From the IMG/VR virus record IMGVR_UViG_3300009838_000020: a DNA stretch of 64,000 nt. One strand, written 5' to 3'. The notes under the pieces were generated by a model. The model had not been told where the DNA came from. It worked only from the letters and a program-made list of their open reading frames with translations, and ran no database searches. Both the position numbers and the translations under genes were made by a program. This stretch comes from an uncultured virus (IMG/VR IMGVR_UViG_3300009838_000020). Taxonomy: Duplodnaviria > Heunggongvirae > Uroviricota > Caudoviricetes. Of the stretch, positions 54,968 through 64,000 are shown one piece after another. How positions within the stretch are numbered: position 1 is the stretch's first letter; each line of letters opens with the position of its first letter.

Positions 54968-55475
54968 TAATGTTAACGTTCATTCTACCTGCGTTTCTTT
55001 TTGCTTTAAGAATATCCATAGCTTCTTTTTTTGACAGTTCTACAACAACAACATCTTCGGTGTCGGGGTCGGCATCAACAACTCTTCCAAACTTATTGCC
55101 AATACGCACGATGTCGTTTGGCTCTGGTAGCTCTTGAAACGTTTTTGGTGGTTCTGGAGGTGTTGGTTGCGGTGTTGTTTGTTGTGGTGGAGTCTCTTTT
55201 AATTGCTTAAATATCTCCTCTTCAAAAAACTCAATAGCGTCTTCAAAATTTTCTTTTAAATCTTTCGATTTGTTGAATTTTTTGTAAATCACATATTGCC
55301 CGTCAACCTCTTTGTATACAATATAAGGTTTATTTTGATTGTTTTCGTTGATAGTGTACTCAACTTCAATCACCATTCCGCTAGTTACGTGCGTTAGCCT
55401 TAACACATAAGTGTTTGGCTTGTTTGCAACTGGTGTGTTTGACTCTTTTAAAGTCCCTGATTTATATACAAACAT
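54957..55475 (-). CDS. hypothetical protein
   Basis: 172 aa ORF. Confidence 0.55.
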   Translation of the reverse strand: MFVYKSGTLKESNTPVANKPNTYVLRLTHVTSGMVIEVEYTINENNQNKPYIVYKEVDGQYVIYKKFNKSKDLKENFEDAIEFFEEEIFKQLKETPPQQTTPQPTPPEPPKTFQELPEPNDIVRIGNKFGRVVDADPDTEDVVVVELSKKEAMDILKAKRNAGRMNVNINDL

Positions 55476-58400
55476 ATCCTCCGTTTTTAAATCTTATGTC
55501 ATTGAAAAATTTGAAATAAAACGATTTTTTAGCCAACACGCTTTTTACTTGGTTGGGGTAAAAAGTTAAAAACTCGCTTTCTACCATCCACGCTGTTCGG
55601 TCTTGATTCATTGTGCCATCTGCATTAAATGTTGGCACATCACCTTCTTGAAACAGTGCGTCATATCCGTAATTTTTCATCGTTTCAATTAATTCCGTAT
55701 CGTTTCTTATAATGTTCCAAAACGGCATGTCCCTGTTCGGGTCTCCGCCTATTGCATTTAAAACGCTTGGGTTGTAATCTATAATTATACCGTAAGCGAC
55801 TGCTAAATAATCTTTTAGGTCTTTATATGTACCCCTAAAGCCCAAAGGTAAAAAAGAAACTGGATTTTTCACATTTAAAAAGACTTTATATATGAACGGA
55901 CTGTAATCCGCACTTGGGGTTGGTTGATTTTCAGATATACCTGCATAAAATTTAGCATATTCTAAATTGTCTGTAAAAAACGAAGCTGGATATGCTGGTG
56001 GCTCAAAAGAACCATAAGGTCTTTTTATACCACTTCCAGTGTTTAGCATTTGAGAGCCCTCTACATATTGTCTAACTCCATGATAATATATCTGTGGCTC
56101 TTTTGTTTCTTCGTCAATCATTACAGAGCAATTTAGATAGTTGCCTGTTTCGTATGCTTTTTCCCAGTCGCCAAACCAGTTTTTAAAATGCGGTGTCCGA
56201 ACGTTTAAATACGCACCAATAGGTAATTTACTTTTTTCGCCATTTGGTGTTGGTAAACCGCACGGCTCGTCAAGTTCCGCAACTGGACTCTGTCTTGCTT
56301 GCTGAAAATAATAATGCAATAAATTCTGTGGCGTAAAGAAAGATGTGGCATTATCTGTTTGATACGCATCGGACAGTATGCTTTTTTCTTTCTTCTCGAC
56401 CAGCGTACCCAACTCTTTTAATAGAATAGCACGCTCTATTGAATTACTTGCCCCTTGAAAAAATGGCAACATTTCTATCAATGCTTTGATGTCTTTATCT
56501 AGCTTGCCCTCATCGGTGAATTCTTGTGGCAAAGTTCTAATGTCTGCAACATTTTTTTCGTATTGCTCGGCATCAATTCTAGCTTGTTTATCTTCATCGC
56601 TTTCTGGAGCGTTAGTGCTTTGTGGTGCTACAGTCTGCCCTCTAAACCACGATAGCAAATCATATTTTTCTATCAGTTTTTTATAGTTTTCTTCGTCGTG
56701 AAAAGCAATGCTTTTTTCAAATTTTTCTGTCTCAAAAAAATCGATGTTAATTTCTCTTGGCTGGTTTGGAAGATGGTCAACAATTACAAAAGTCCATTTC
56801 GGTTTTACGTCGTTGAACTCAAAAGAAACTACAACATCGCCCATGCTTGATTCGTGAGAATAAACAACCGCTTTTTTAAATGAAATCCAGCTTGTAAATC
56901 TTTTGTCTTTTACTTTTTCAAAAAATTCATTATTACTTGCTTCTGTAATCTCAATACTAAAAATTGGTAATTTAGTATTTTGATTACTGGCTGTTTTTGG
57001 AGAATTAAACCATGTTCCAAAAGAATAGTCTGTATTAAGCTTTTCAAACAATTTTTCGTTGTTTTCAGCCATGCTTAAACCAAAATTTGAAGGCGTAATT
57101 TCGTCAAACGGAATTTCTTTAGCCGTAGCGGTTCTTAACCATTTGTTGTAAAAATCTACCCAAATCGTGTCATTATCGAGATTATTAAAAAAAACACGCA
57201 CACTTAACGTTTCAATACTTGGGTTTTCTTCCTGAAATTCTAAAATTGCTAATTTAAAGTCTTCAAAAGAGTAGTATTTTCTACCTCTATACTTTTGGTC
57301 AAAATAACTGCTAAACCAACCATCTATTGTCAAAAACTCTATTTTTGGCAAGCTGGTTGCTTTGCTTGTATTGGTTGACGCAATAGAGGTTACTGGAGTA
57401 GCGGTGTCAAAAATAAAGTCTTCAACATTTGTTTCAACAAATAAATCGTCGGCATTGTTTAAAACCCCTAAATTAATTAAAAAGTCGGCAGGCGTAAAAC
57501 TACGTAACAACAACGCTCTCTTTGTGGTTGTGTAATCATCTACAAATTTTAGATAATAAACCAAAGCAAAAGGAGCAAATTGGACTTTTAGCGAAAACTC
57601 ATCTATAGTATTTGACGTAATTTGTTTTGCGTTTGCGTTTTCTACGTATGATATTAGCCAAGCTTTTAATTCTTCAAAGTTTTTGACTGTCAGTCCGACG
57701 TTGACGCTATCTGAAATAGTCGATTTATCTTTAGCAATAACGTTGTGCAACGATATTATATTTATCTTTTCAATCTGAATTTTATTTGTGGATGGTGGTG
57801 CTGTTACTGCTGTTGCACTAGATTTTTTTGCTACTGATTTCTTTGTTTTTGGCTGTTTTTGATTTAAAAAATCCTCCACGTCCGTCTCCTCAGTAAGTTT
57901 TCTCCATCCACTTTGTCTTTTGGTCATTCTTATTACGTCAACACCTTTAAATGTTTCTGGATTAACTCTTTGAACTGTGTTTTTACTCCCTCTAGTTACG
58001 TTAAGCAAAAAAACGTTGGGTCTTGGTGGAAAAGAAAAGTAAAGATATGCACCTCTTATGATTTGGTTTTTTTCGTAAATTTCATTAATCGCTTCTTTAA
58101 GGTCGTCCAAAGTATTATATGTGTTGCCAGCCAAATCTGATAATGAATAACTTGCCGTTGAAATTTTAATTCCAGTTATTGCTTCTTTAGTTACGCCACC
58201 ATCTTCAAAAGCTTGTGTTATTTCATCGTCAGTAACCTCACTTGCAATTGCTTCTAAGTCTTCGTTTTCAATTAACTTTACAACTCCAAAATGTAGGTTT
58301 TCTGGAAACTCTTCCAGTTCAAACCATCCGTAATCAGTGTTTTCCCAGTTTAATTTTGGCACGAACTCTTCATCGACAAAAGCAATAAAATTATAAAACG

Positions 58401-59145
58401 TAAATTGTCCCGATTTAAAAACATAAGAAGGCTGTAATGTTTCTAATTGATACCCAGTCTCTTCTTCTGCTTCTCTGACAACCGCCTCTATAACGCTAGT
58501 TTCACCTTCGTCCATCTTTCCGCTAATGATTCCCCATGTGTTTGGTTCGTAGACGTGCTTACTTCTTTTTAGTAATAGAAATCTTTTTGTTGATATGCAA
58601 AAAACCAATACACCGCCAGCAACACTACCCCAAAAGGTAGAAGGCACTCCTCCTTTTTCAAAAAGTTGTGCCATTTGCTCTGCTGAAATCTCACCACCTT
58701 TTTCATGGTCACAACCGCAGTCTTTTATCTGGTTAATAATCTCGTAATCGGTCATTGTTTTTCCTCCATACTCATAGCTGTTGCCGTAAAAATATATTTC
58801 ACTCGGCACTTCTCCTCCTTCTGCAAAAGATACTCCACCGCCTTTTGAATTAATTCTGGATAATATTTCTCGGTTTGTAAGCATTTCTCCTTCAAACATT
58901 CTTCGTTGTTGGTCTGCAACTGCTGGAGCTGTAATGACAACTTCGCCTCCTTGCATTTCTAAAGGCTGTCCAGTAGATTTATTAACAGCTTTTATACCGT
59001 TTTCGTCGTGTAATCTACCGACTAAATATCCTCCAGCTGTTCCTTTGTCGTGTACGATTGTTTGCCCCTTTCTTTTACCGACTAAAACACCTCCAGCTTG
59101 GGTTGCTTTTGCTTTCTCTTCTGTAATATTTATTTGTTTTGCCAT
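55462..59145 (-). CDS. polyvalent protein: N-domain, Nudix hydrolase, 4 repeats, ADP-ribosyltransferase-like (ART-PolyVal) domain
   Basis: Nudix box GKMDEGETSVIEAVVREAEEETG; RTPHFKNWFGDWE...YYHG...FFTDN..YA..YA...VFLNVKNP...GYD...F.PNQVKS. Confidence 0.75.
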   Translation of the reverse strand: MAKQINITEEKAKATQAGGVLVGKRKGQTIVHDKGTAGGYLVGRLHDENGIKAVNKSTGQPLEMQGGEVVITAPAVADQQRRMFEGEMLTNREILSRINSKGGGVSFAEGGEVPSEIYFYGNSYEYGGKTMTDYEIINQIKDCGCDHEKGGEISAEQMAQLFEKGGVPSTFWGSVAGGVLVFCISTKRFLLLKRSKHVYEPNTWGIISGKMDEGETSVIEAVVREAEEETGYQLETLQPSYVFKSGQFTFYNFIAFVDEEFVPKLNWENTDYGWFELEEFPENLHFGVVKLIENEDLEAIASEVTDDEITQAFEDGGVTKEAITGIKISTASYSLSDLAGNTYNTLDDLKEAINEIYEKNQIIRGAYLYFSFPPRPNVFLLNVTRGSKNTVQRVNPETFKGVDVIRMTKRQSGWRKLTEETDVEDFLNQKQPKTKKSVAKKSSATAVTAPPSTNKIQIEKINIISLHNVIAKDKSTISDSVNVGLTVKNFEELKAWLISYVENANAKQITSNTIDEFSLKVQFAPFALVYYLKFVDDYTTTKRALLLRSFTPADFLINLGVLNNADDLFVETNVEDFIFDTATPVTSIASTNTSKATSLPKIEFLTIDGWFSSYFDQKYRGRKYYSFEDFKLAILEFQEENPSIETLSVRVFFNNLDNDTIWVDFYNKWLRTATAKEIPFDEITPSNFGLSMAENNEKLFEKLNTDYSFGTWFNSPKTASNQNTKLPIFSIEITEASNNEFFEKVKDKRFTSWISFKKAVVYSHESSMGDVVVSFEFNDVKPKWTFVIVDHLPNQPREINIDFFETEKFEKSIAFHDEENYKKLIEKYDLLSWFRGQTVAPQSTNAPESDEDKQARIDAEQYEKNVADIRTLPQEFTDEGKLDKDIKALIEMLPFFQGASNSIERAILLKELGTLVEKKEKSILSDAYQTDNATSFFTPQNLLHYYFQQARQSPVAELDEPCGLPTPNGEKSKLPIGAYLNVRTPHFKNWFGDWEKAYETGNYLNCSVMIDEETKEPQIYYHGVRQYVEGSQMLNTGSGIKRPYGSFEPPAYPASFFTDNLEYAKFYAGISENQPTPSADYSPFIYKVFLNVKNPVSFLPLGFRGTYKDLKDYLAVAYGIIIDYNPSVLNAIGGDPNRDMPFWNIIRNDTELIETMKNYGYDALFQEGDVPTFNADGTMNQDRTAWMVESEFLTFYPNQVKSVLAKKSFYFKFFNDIRFKNGGYVCI

Positions 59146-59363
59146 TATTTTATGTATTTTGTCAGTGTTCCAACTAAATATCCTGCAATAATTGAAGTCC
59201 CTATCATTTTTAATAATTCGTGCTTTTCTGGAAAATGGAATTTAAAAGATTTATCATCCGACCCATTTTGCTTACCGTAAGAGTAATGAATTATGTTTTC
59301 TGTCATGTTTGTTATAAACACAATTGCACCTGTAGTTAATGCGAGCCTTTGGTGTGGTTTCAT
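59145..59363 (-). CDS. small membrane protein
   Basis: Two hydrophobic segments. Confidence 0.5.
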   Translation of the reverse strand: MKPHQRLALTTGAIVFITNMTENIIHYSYGKQNGSDDKSFKFHFPEKHELLKMIGTSIIAGYLVGTLTKYIK

Positions 59364-59514
59364 TTAGCAATACTTTAATTATCAAAAGTACTATTTTTTC
59401 AAATAACTAACATTTTTTTGTTTAAAAAAAGAAAGTAAATGAAAAATTCTTTATATTTGTTGTGCATAGGTTTTTAATTAGATTAATGTATTTTGAAAGG
59501 CATTTTTTGACACG

Positions 59515-59542
59515 AAAAAACCCTCTTTTGAGGGTTTTTTTT
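59515..59542. terminator. bidirectional terminator
   Basis: AAAAAACCCTC-tttt-GAGGGTTTTTTT. Confidence 0.8.
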
Positions 59543-60836
59543 ATTTTAACAAGCTATCAAAAACTAATTTGAATCTATTGTTGACCGTATCCCACGTTGT
59601 TTTTCTTATTTTTTCATAAGCCCTTTCGATAATTGCTTCTACTGATTTCATGGTTTCTTCTCCTTCCTGCCCTAGACCATAAACAACCTCGTATAATTTA
59701 GTTACTTCCGAAGGATTAATTACAAATCGTATCTTTTCGGCATCATTAACAAATACCATAGGCTGTGAAAACATAAAGGAAAAGCAGTTCTTTCCATCGT
59801 CTGTAATTTCAGTTAGTGCGGTGTGTTTTGGGCAAACAACTAGTGTTTTTGTTGCCATAGCTTCTGTGACGCTTAACCCCCATCCCTCTGCTGTTGTTGT
59901 TGTTATAAAGCAATTAAAAGAGTTGTAGATTTCGTTCATTTGCTCTTCCGAAACCCCTTTGTTTTCGGAGTATTTTTCTGGAAAAAAAACATCTTCACCA
60001 ACTTTTAAATTTAGCTTTCCTGCTAAATTCAGTAGGTTCACGCCCATCGGGTCTAAAGGATTGGTGTGTAAGTACAATACTGCTTTGTTTTGGTTGTTAT
60101 GCTTAAACTGAGCAAAGCCTAGTAATAATGAAGAAAGGTCTTTTCTTGCAGTATTACGATTAACAGTTCCAAAAACAAAATCGGCATTTGGAAACATTTT
60201 TTTCTGAATTTCTCTTCTCTTTTCAATATCCAAAGGCTTAAATATTTCCGTATCCGTACCGTGCGGAATCACTGTTATTTTTTTAAAAACTTGGTTGGAA
60301 ACCATGTGTTGACACAAGCTTTTTGCATACTCAGTATAAAGCACTATTTTATCAAAAAACTCAAAACCAGCTAGGTCGTTTTGTGAAGGCTGGCTGTCTA
60401 TTGGTGCGTATAAAACCGACTTGAACATTTTTCTTTTTTCCTGCTTTTTGTTTGTTTTTACAATATCCATGTGTGGTTTTAGAGTTGTAAAAAATTCTGG
60501 GTCGTTGATACAGAAAAGCAAATCCCAGTCTATACTGTAAAGCATTTTTAAAAACTCTATTCTGGCAAACGGGTCTTTTCTGTTTTCTGAGGTAAATAAG
60601 CACGGGAAAACCATTACATTTTCTGCGTCTTGGTGTTGGCTTGGAGCAAAATCGTTTATTGCCAAAACGGTTATTTTGTAGTTTTTGTTTTTTGCCAGAT
60701 TATCTACAATTTTTTTTGCAACTACGCCAAATCCAGTGGTGCAGTTGTAGTCTGCGTAAACTAATATTCTTTTAACCCCTGTAGCTTTTCTTGCTTTCTT
60801 TTCGTTGAATTTTTGTAATTGAATTGTTTTTGTCAT
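59541..60836 (-). CDS. glycosyltransferase, GT4 (GT-B)
   Basis: TGFG, IPHGTD...F.P, NRN..RK, EGWGLSVTEAMA. Confidence 0.85.
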   Translation of the reverse strand: MTKTIQLQKFNEKKARKATGVKRILVYADYNCTTGFGVVAKKIVDNLAKNKNYKITVLAINDFAPSQHQDAENVMVFPCLFTSENRKDPFARIEFLKMLYSIDWDLLFCINDPEFFTTLKPHMDIVKTNKKQEKRKMFKSVLYAPIDSQPSQNDLAGFEFFDKIVLYTEYAKSLCQHMVSNQVFKKITVIPHGTDTEIFKPLDIEKRREIQKKMFPNADFVFGTVNRNTARKDLSSLLLGFAQFKHNNQNKAVLYLHTNPLDPMGVNLLNLAGKLNLKVGEDVFFPEKYSENKGVSEEQMNEIYNSFNCFITTTTAEGWGLSVTEAMATKTLVVCPKHTALTEITDDGKNCFSFMFSQPMVFVNDAEKIRFVINPSEVTKLYEVVYGLGQEGEETMKSVEAIIERAYEKIRKTTWDTVNNRFKLVFDSLLK

Positions 60837-60847
60837 TTGTTGTTTTT

Positions 60848-61552
60848 TTAATGGTTTTCTAAATCGTGCACACATGTGACTTTTTTTATAACATAGCTAG
60901 TAAGATTGTTACTAAGCATTCTTTCTCGGCATCTATTCCACATATCTCCATCTGACGGAAAAAGCATTCTTTGTTCTGCCCAAACATTTCTGTACCGCAA
61001 GTCTAATTGCTTGTAGTCTATATAAACACTGCTGTGTATTAATTGTGCGTAAGCTGGCATTCTTGACTCTATTGTTCCATCTGGAGGCAACTGCGGAAAC
61101 ACTGGATTGTTTATAAACCTACTAAGTGTAAATAAAAAAGCTGGCTTCTTTGCAAATGCGTGGATTGCTTTGTTTATTTCTTCTAAGTGGTTTGGCATCC
61201 AATAATCGTCGTGGTCGAGGTGGCATAAATCATAAATACCTTCTGCTACCGCTTTGTTTATTGCATAATTAACTGCGTTTGTTCCGCCAGTGTTCCATAA
61301 TATTATTTTTTCATCTGGAGCTGTATAAACATCTCTCTCTAAGGCAAAGTTCAAATTAACCAACACTAGTTTGTCTGCTGGAATTATTTTAGAAATTTCA
61401 ATCAGCTCCTCTGGGTCATCATATCGGTCTCCAATTAAAAAAAGCTTGTAGTTCTGAAACGTTTGATTAACTATAGATTCTAATGCTCTTTTTAGAAATT
61501 TAGGTGTGCTACCGTCCGCTCTTCGGTATGTAGCCATTGTTATACCTATCAT
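60848..61552 (-). CDS. glycosyltransferase, GT2 (GT-A)
   Basis: ITMATYRR...RALESIVNQT...LDHDDYWMPNHL. Confidence 0.85.
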   Translation of the reverse strand: MIGITMATYRRADGSTPKFLKRALESIVNQTFQNYKLFLIGDRYDDPEELIEISKIIPADKLVLVNLNFALERDVYTAPDEKIILWNTGGTNAVNYAINKAVAEGIYDLCHLDHDDYWMPNHLEEINKAIHAFAKKPAFLFTLSRFINNPVFPQLPPDGTIESRMPAYAQLIHSSVYIDYKQLDLRYRNVWAEQRMLFPSDGDMWNRCRERMLSNNLTSYVIKKVTCVHDLENH

Positions 61553-62157
61553 AGTTTTTTTACTATAAATTCGTTATTAAATTCCAAATGTGGCAACGCT
61601 CCTAAAGTGTTTGGTAAGCTTCCAATTACCTCCCATTCTGTAGGTTTTAGCATTACAGAAAGTGCGTCAACCGCTTTTTTTACCTCTGGAGAATGCACAG
61701 AGTCTTGATAGTCGTCAAAAACAATATAGCCTCCTTTTTTTACAAAAGGCACATAGTTTAAAAAGTCTCTAATAACCGCATCGTGGCTGTGGTCTCCGTC
61801 AATAAAAAGCAAATCAATCTCATTATAAAGTGCTTTTATTATGTCAAGTATTTCATCGTCCTTGCTGTCACCTTTTAAATACACGTACTTGTTTTCTCCT
61901 GCAAACTTGTTTACTATTATTCTGCAAATAGTTGGTGAAATTGGCTCGCCTAAGTCTATAGATACAACTGTTGTGTTTGGTCTTTGTATCATTAAGCTTG
62001 CACTAGCTCCAGAATAAGCCCCTATTTCTAGGTAGTTAATGTGCCCTTTAAACTGGTCTGCAATATCCGCTAAAACATGGTGGTGTTCGTGAAATGTTTT
62101 TGCTTGTTTGGCTATTTCCCTAACGGCATCTAGTGATTTTTGTGTTGGTTGTATCAT
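61549..62157 (-). CDS. class I SAM methyltransferase (Methyltransf_24-like)
   Basis: YLEIGAYSGAS, GDS, DLLFIDGDHS, GGYIVFDDY. Confidence 0.85.
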   Translation of the reverse strand: MIQPTQKSLDAVREIAKQAKTFHEHHHVLADIADQFKGHINYLEIGAYSGASASLMIQRPNTTVVSIDLGEPISPTICRIIVNKFAGENKYVYLKGDSKDDEILDIIKALYNEIDLLFIDGDHSHDAVIRDFLNYVPFVKKGGYIVFDDYQDSVHSPEVKKAVDALSVMLKPTEWEVIGSLPNTLGALPHLEFNNEFIVKKL

Positions 62158-62738
62158 TATATTAGCTTTGCTGGTGTTCCTATGTAAGTTCCTGTTTTTG
62201 TTATGCTTTTAACCACTCCTGCGTTCATTCCTATTGTGCAATTTTTGCATATTTGTAGCTTTTCACGAACGATAGCACCTGTTCCTAAATAAACAAAGTC
62301 GTGTATCGTGACATTACCACTAACATTAACCGCTGGAGCTGTGGTAGAATAGTCCATTATCTCACTGTCGTGACCAACAGTTGTGTTTAAATTTAAGTGT
62401 ACGTGATTTCCAATTTTAATGTTTGTTGTCAAAACACAACCAGCCATAATTGCACATCCGTCACCAATTTCTATGGTTGCAATATCCAAAACATGTGCTC
62501 TTTTTGAAATATGTGTCCAATAGATTGTTTCTGCTGGTAGTTGTTTTTGTAGCATTAGTTTTGATTTTGGGTCTCCGACCGCAATTAATGCTAGGTGCTT
62601 GTCTGGGTCAAAATCTTCCAGCAATTCACAGTCGTCGTTCCAGTATTTTTTACTTACAAAGCACTTTAGTTTTTTGCCGTAATCTGCAATGATTTCTCTG
62701 GCAAAACCTCCGTTTCCAATTAACACTTTTTCTTTCAT
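62157..62738 (-). CDS. NeuD/PglD-type sugar acetyltransferase (hexapeptide repeat)
   Basis: IGNGGFARE, AVGDP, TVGHD, hexapeptide repeats, GTPAK. Confidence 0.85.
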   Translation of the reverse strand: MKEKVLIGNGGFAREIIADYGKKLKCFVSKKYWNDDCELLEDFDPDKHLALIAVGDPKSKLMLQKQLPAETIYWTHISKRAHVLDIATIEIGDGCAIMAGCVLTTNIKIGNHVHLNLNTTVGHDSEIMDYSTTAPAVNVSGNVTIHDFVYLGTGAIVREKLQICKNCTIGMNAGVVKSITKTGTYIGTPAKLI

Positions 62739-62768
62739 ATTGTTGGTTATTAAGTTTCTTGTACCGCA

Positions 62769-63407
62769 CTACTTATTGAATATTTTGAATTTTGAAAGGT
62801 CTGGATAAGACAATTCCACATCTGGATTGCTCCTTTTTGTGCCGTCTTGATTATAAAACTGTTTTATCAGTTGTAGCCCTCTTATAGCAAGCTCTGGCAT
62901 CATATAAAAATTCCATCCTATTACTGGGTTGTCATCAAAATTGTCGTCGTGGTAAGAGCACTCTGAGCGACCGCTAAATCTTGCTTTTTTTAGCCACAAA
63001 TAAGCTTTTTCGTCGTCAAGCAAAATAGCTCCTCCTTTTGATAATTTTAAATGCTTGTATGCTCCAGTAAACGATATGCACATAAATTGGTTTGGCACAT
63101 ACATATCTGCTGTAAATCTTAAAGCTGAGTCCCAAATTGGTAGCGGGCTTAATTGATAAGCTCCTTTCAATGTTAACCCAGTTGTTTCTTTCCATTTTAC
63201 CTTTGCTCCAGCGTGTATGATTTCACAAGGTACGCTTGGATAAGTTCTTTTTGGTATTTCTATTTCTCTTCCTTCGGCTTGCAAATACTTCAAGCATAAA
63301 AAGAGTGCGTTGCTTTGATTGTCAACGCAAACAACATACGGTGCTCCCGTATATTTACTAATTTCTTTTTCAAATTGTTCGGTAACTACATGTATGTCTT
63401 GTGCCAT
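62769..63407 (-). CDS. DegT/DnrJ/EryC1/StrS aminotransferase (short form)
   Basis: FEKEISKYTGAPYVVCVD..SNALFL, DSA, SF...K.L...GGAI. Confidence 0.8.
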   Translation of the reverse strand: MAQDIHVVTEQFEKEISKYTGAPYVVCVDNQSNALFLCLKYLQAEGREIEIPKRTYPSVPCEIIHAGAKVKWKETTGLTLKGAYQLSPLPIWDSALRFTADMYVPNQFMCISFTGAYKHLKLSKGGAILLDDEKAYLWLKKARFSGRSECSYHDDNFDDNPVIGWNFYMMPELAIRGLQLIKQFYNQDGTKRSNPDVELSYPDLSKFKIFNK

Positions 63408-64000
63408 TATGCCCCTAGTATTTTATATCCTTTTACATTTATTAAACACCCGAAAACCCTTTCTAATTCGTGGGCAACCGTGCCGTCTCCATCGTATCCG
63501 TTTGGAAACCTATCAATAACTTTATCGTAAATGTTGTTTTCCAAAAACCAATCGATTATTATTTTAAAGTTAACAAGAAACATTGTTCCTGCGACAAAAT
63601 TATACTCGTCAAATCTAATTGTTTCATTAAAATAATTTTGCTCATATCCAATAATTTTTTGTTTTAAAATCCAATTTTTGCTACCAACCATCTTTACCTC
63701 TGACAAACCAGCTACTTGGTTGTGATAATGCTCTAAAAGCCCGTTATTGAAAAGCAAGGCATTTACTAGGTCTTTTCTCCATCTTTCTCCCAAACCTTTT
63801 TCGTGTGCAAGGCTTTTTTTTGAGTGTATTTTTAGAATTGTCTTGTATCTATAACCATAATCAACTATTGTCTGCAAAACACTAACAAAAGGTGCAACAT
63901 CCATTCCTTTGTTTTCCACTAAATAAACCCCTGCATGTGGCAACTCCGTTATTATTCTTTCAATTGATTCAACAGGTTCAATTTCAGATACAGTTATGAA
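63407..64000 (-). CDS. RgpF (rhamnan synthesis F)-like protein, 5'-partial
   Basis: ENKGMDVAPF, LKIHSKKS, WR, FVAGTMF, AHELERVFG; the frame is open to the window edge. Confidence 0.7.
   Translation of the reverse strand, partial: FITVSEIEPVESIERIITELPHAGVYLVENKGMDVAPFVSVLQTIVDYGYRYKTILKIHSKKSLAHEKGLGERWRKDLVNALLFNNGLLEHYHNQVAGLSEVKMVGSKNWILKQKIIGYEQNYFNETIRFDEYNFVAGTMFLVNFKIIIDWFLENNIYDKVIDRFPNGYDGDGTVAHELERVFGCLINVKGYKILGA

Noticed and set aside
1..64000. Integron integrase or other recombinase for the array
   Set aside because: No ORF shows tyrosine-recombinase (R...HxxR...Y), serine-recombinase or HUH motifs that I can recognise.
16527..64000. Eukaryotic giant virus or bacterial chromosome
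   Set aside because: Peptidoglycan hydrolases, a holin and Bacteroidota promoters argue for a bacterial host; the lack of housekeeping genes and the viral gene density argue against a chromosome.

Overview
AT-rich, gene-dense segment of a virus genome, most likely infecting Bacteroidota (repeated TAnnTTTG promoters, peptidoglycan hydrolases, CarboxypepD_reg-like domain). Layout: a tRNA-Met(CAT) at the left edge; short + strand early/accessory genes at 0.3-16.4 kb; a long - strand late region at 16.5-64 kb. The late region has dozens of small membrane-anchored proteins, a candidate single-jelly-roll capsid protein plus a paralog, and an A32/FtsK-type packaging ATPase. It also has a lysis module, a Gly/Asn/Cys-repeat fibre next to a sulfation cluster, large multi-domain proteins punctuated by [FYL]xxGG motifs, a MoxR ATPase and a glycosylation cluster. 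No terminase, portal or tail genes were recognised, which points to a large tailless, membrane-containing virus. The most striking feature is at about 6.9-12.1 kb: an array of 10 integron-like gene cassettes with no integrase in the window. Each cassette is bracketed by its own GTTA.../...TAAC inverted repeat carrying an invariant G.T mismatch, and cassettes are separated by 125-127 bp hairpin sites. The array includes an empty cassette and a gene nested inside one hairpin loop. All protein calls come from motif recognition by eye; no searches were run.
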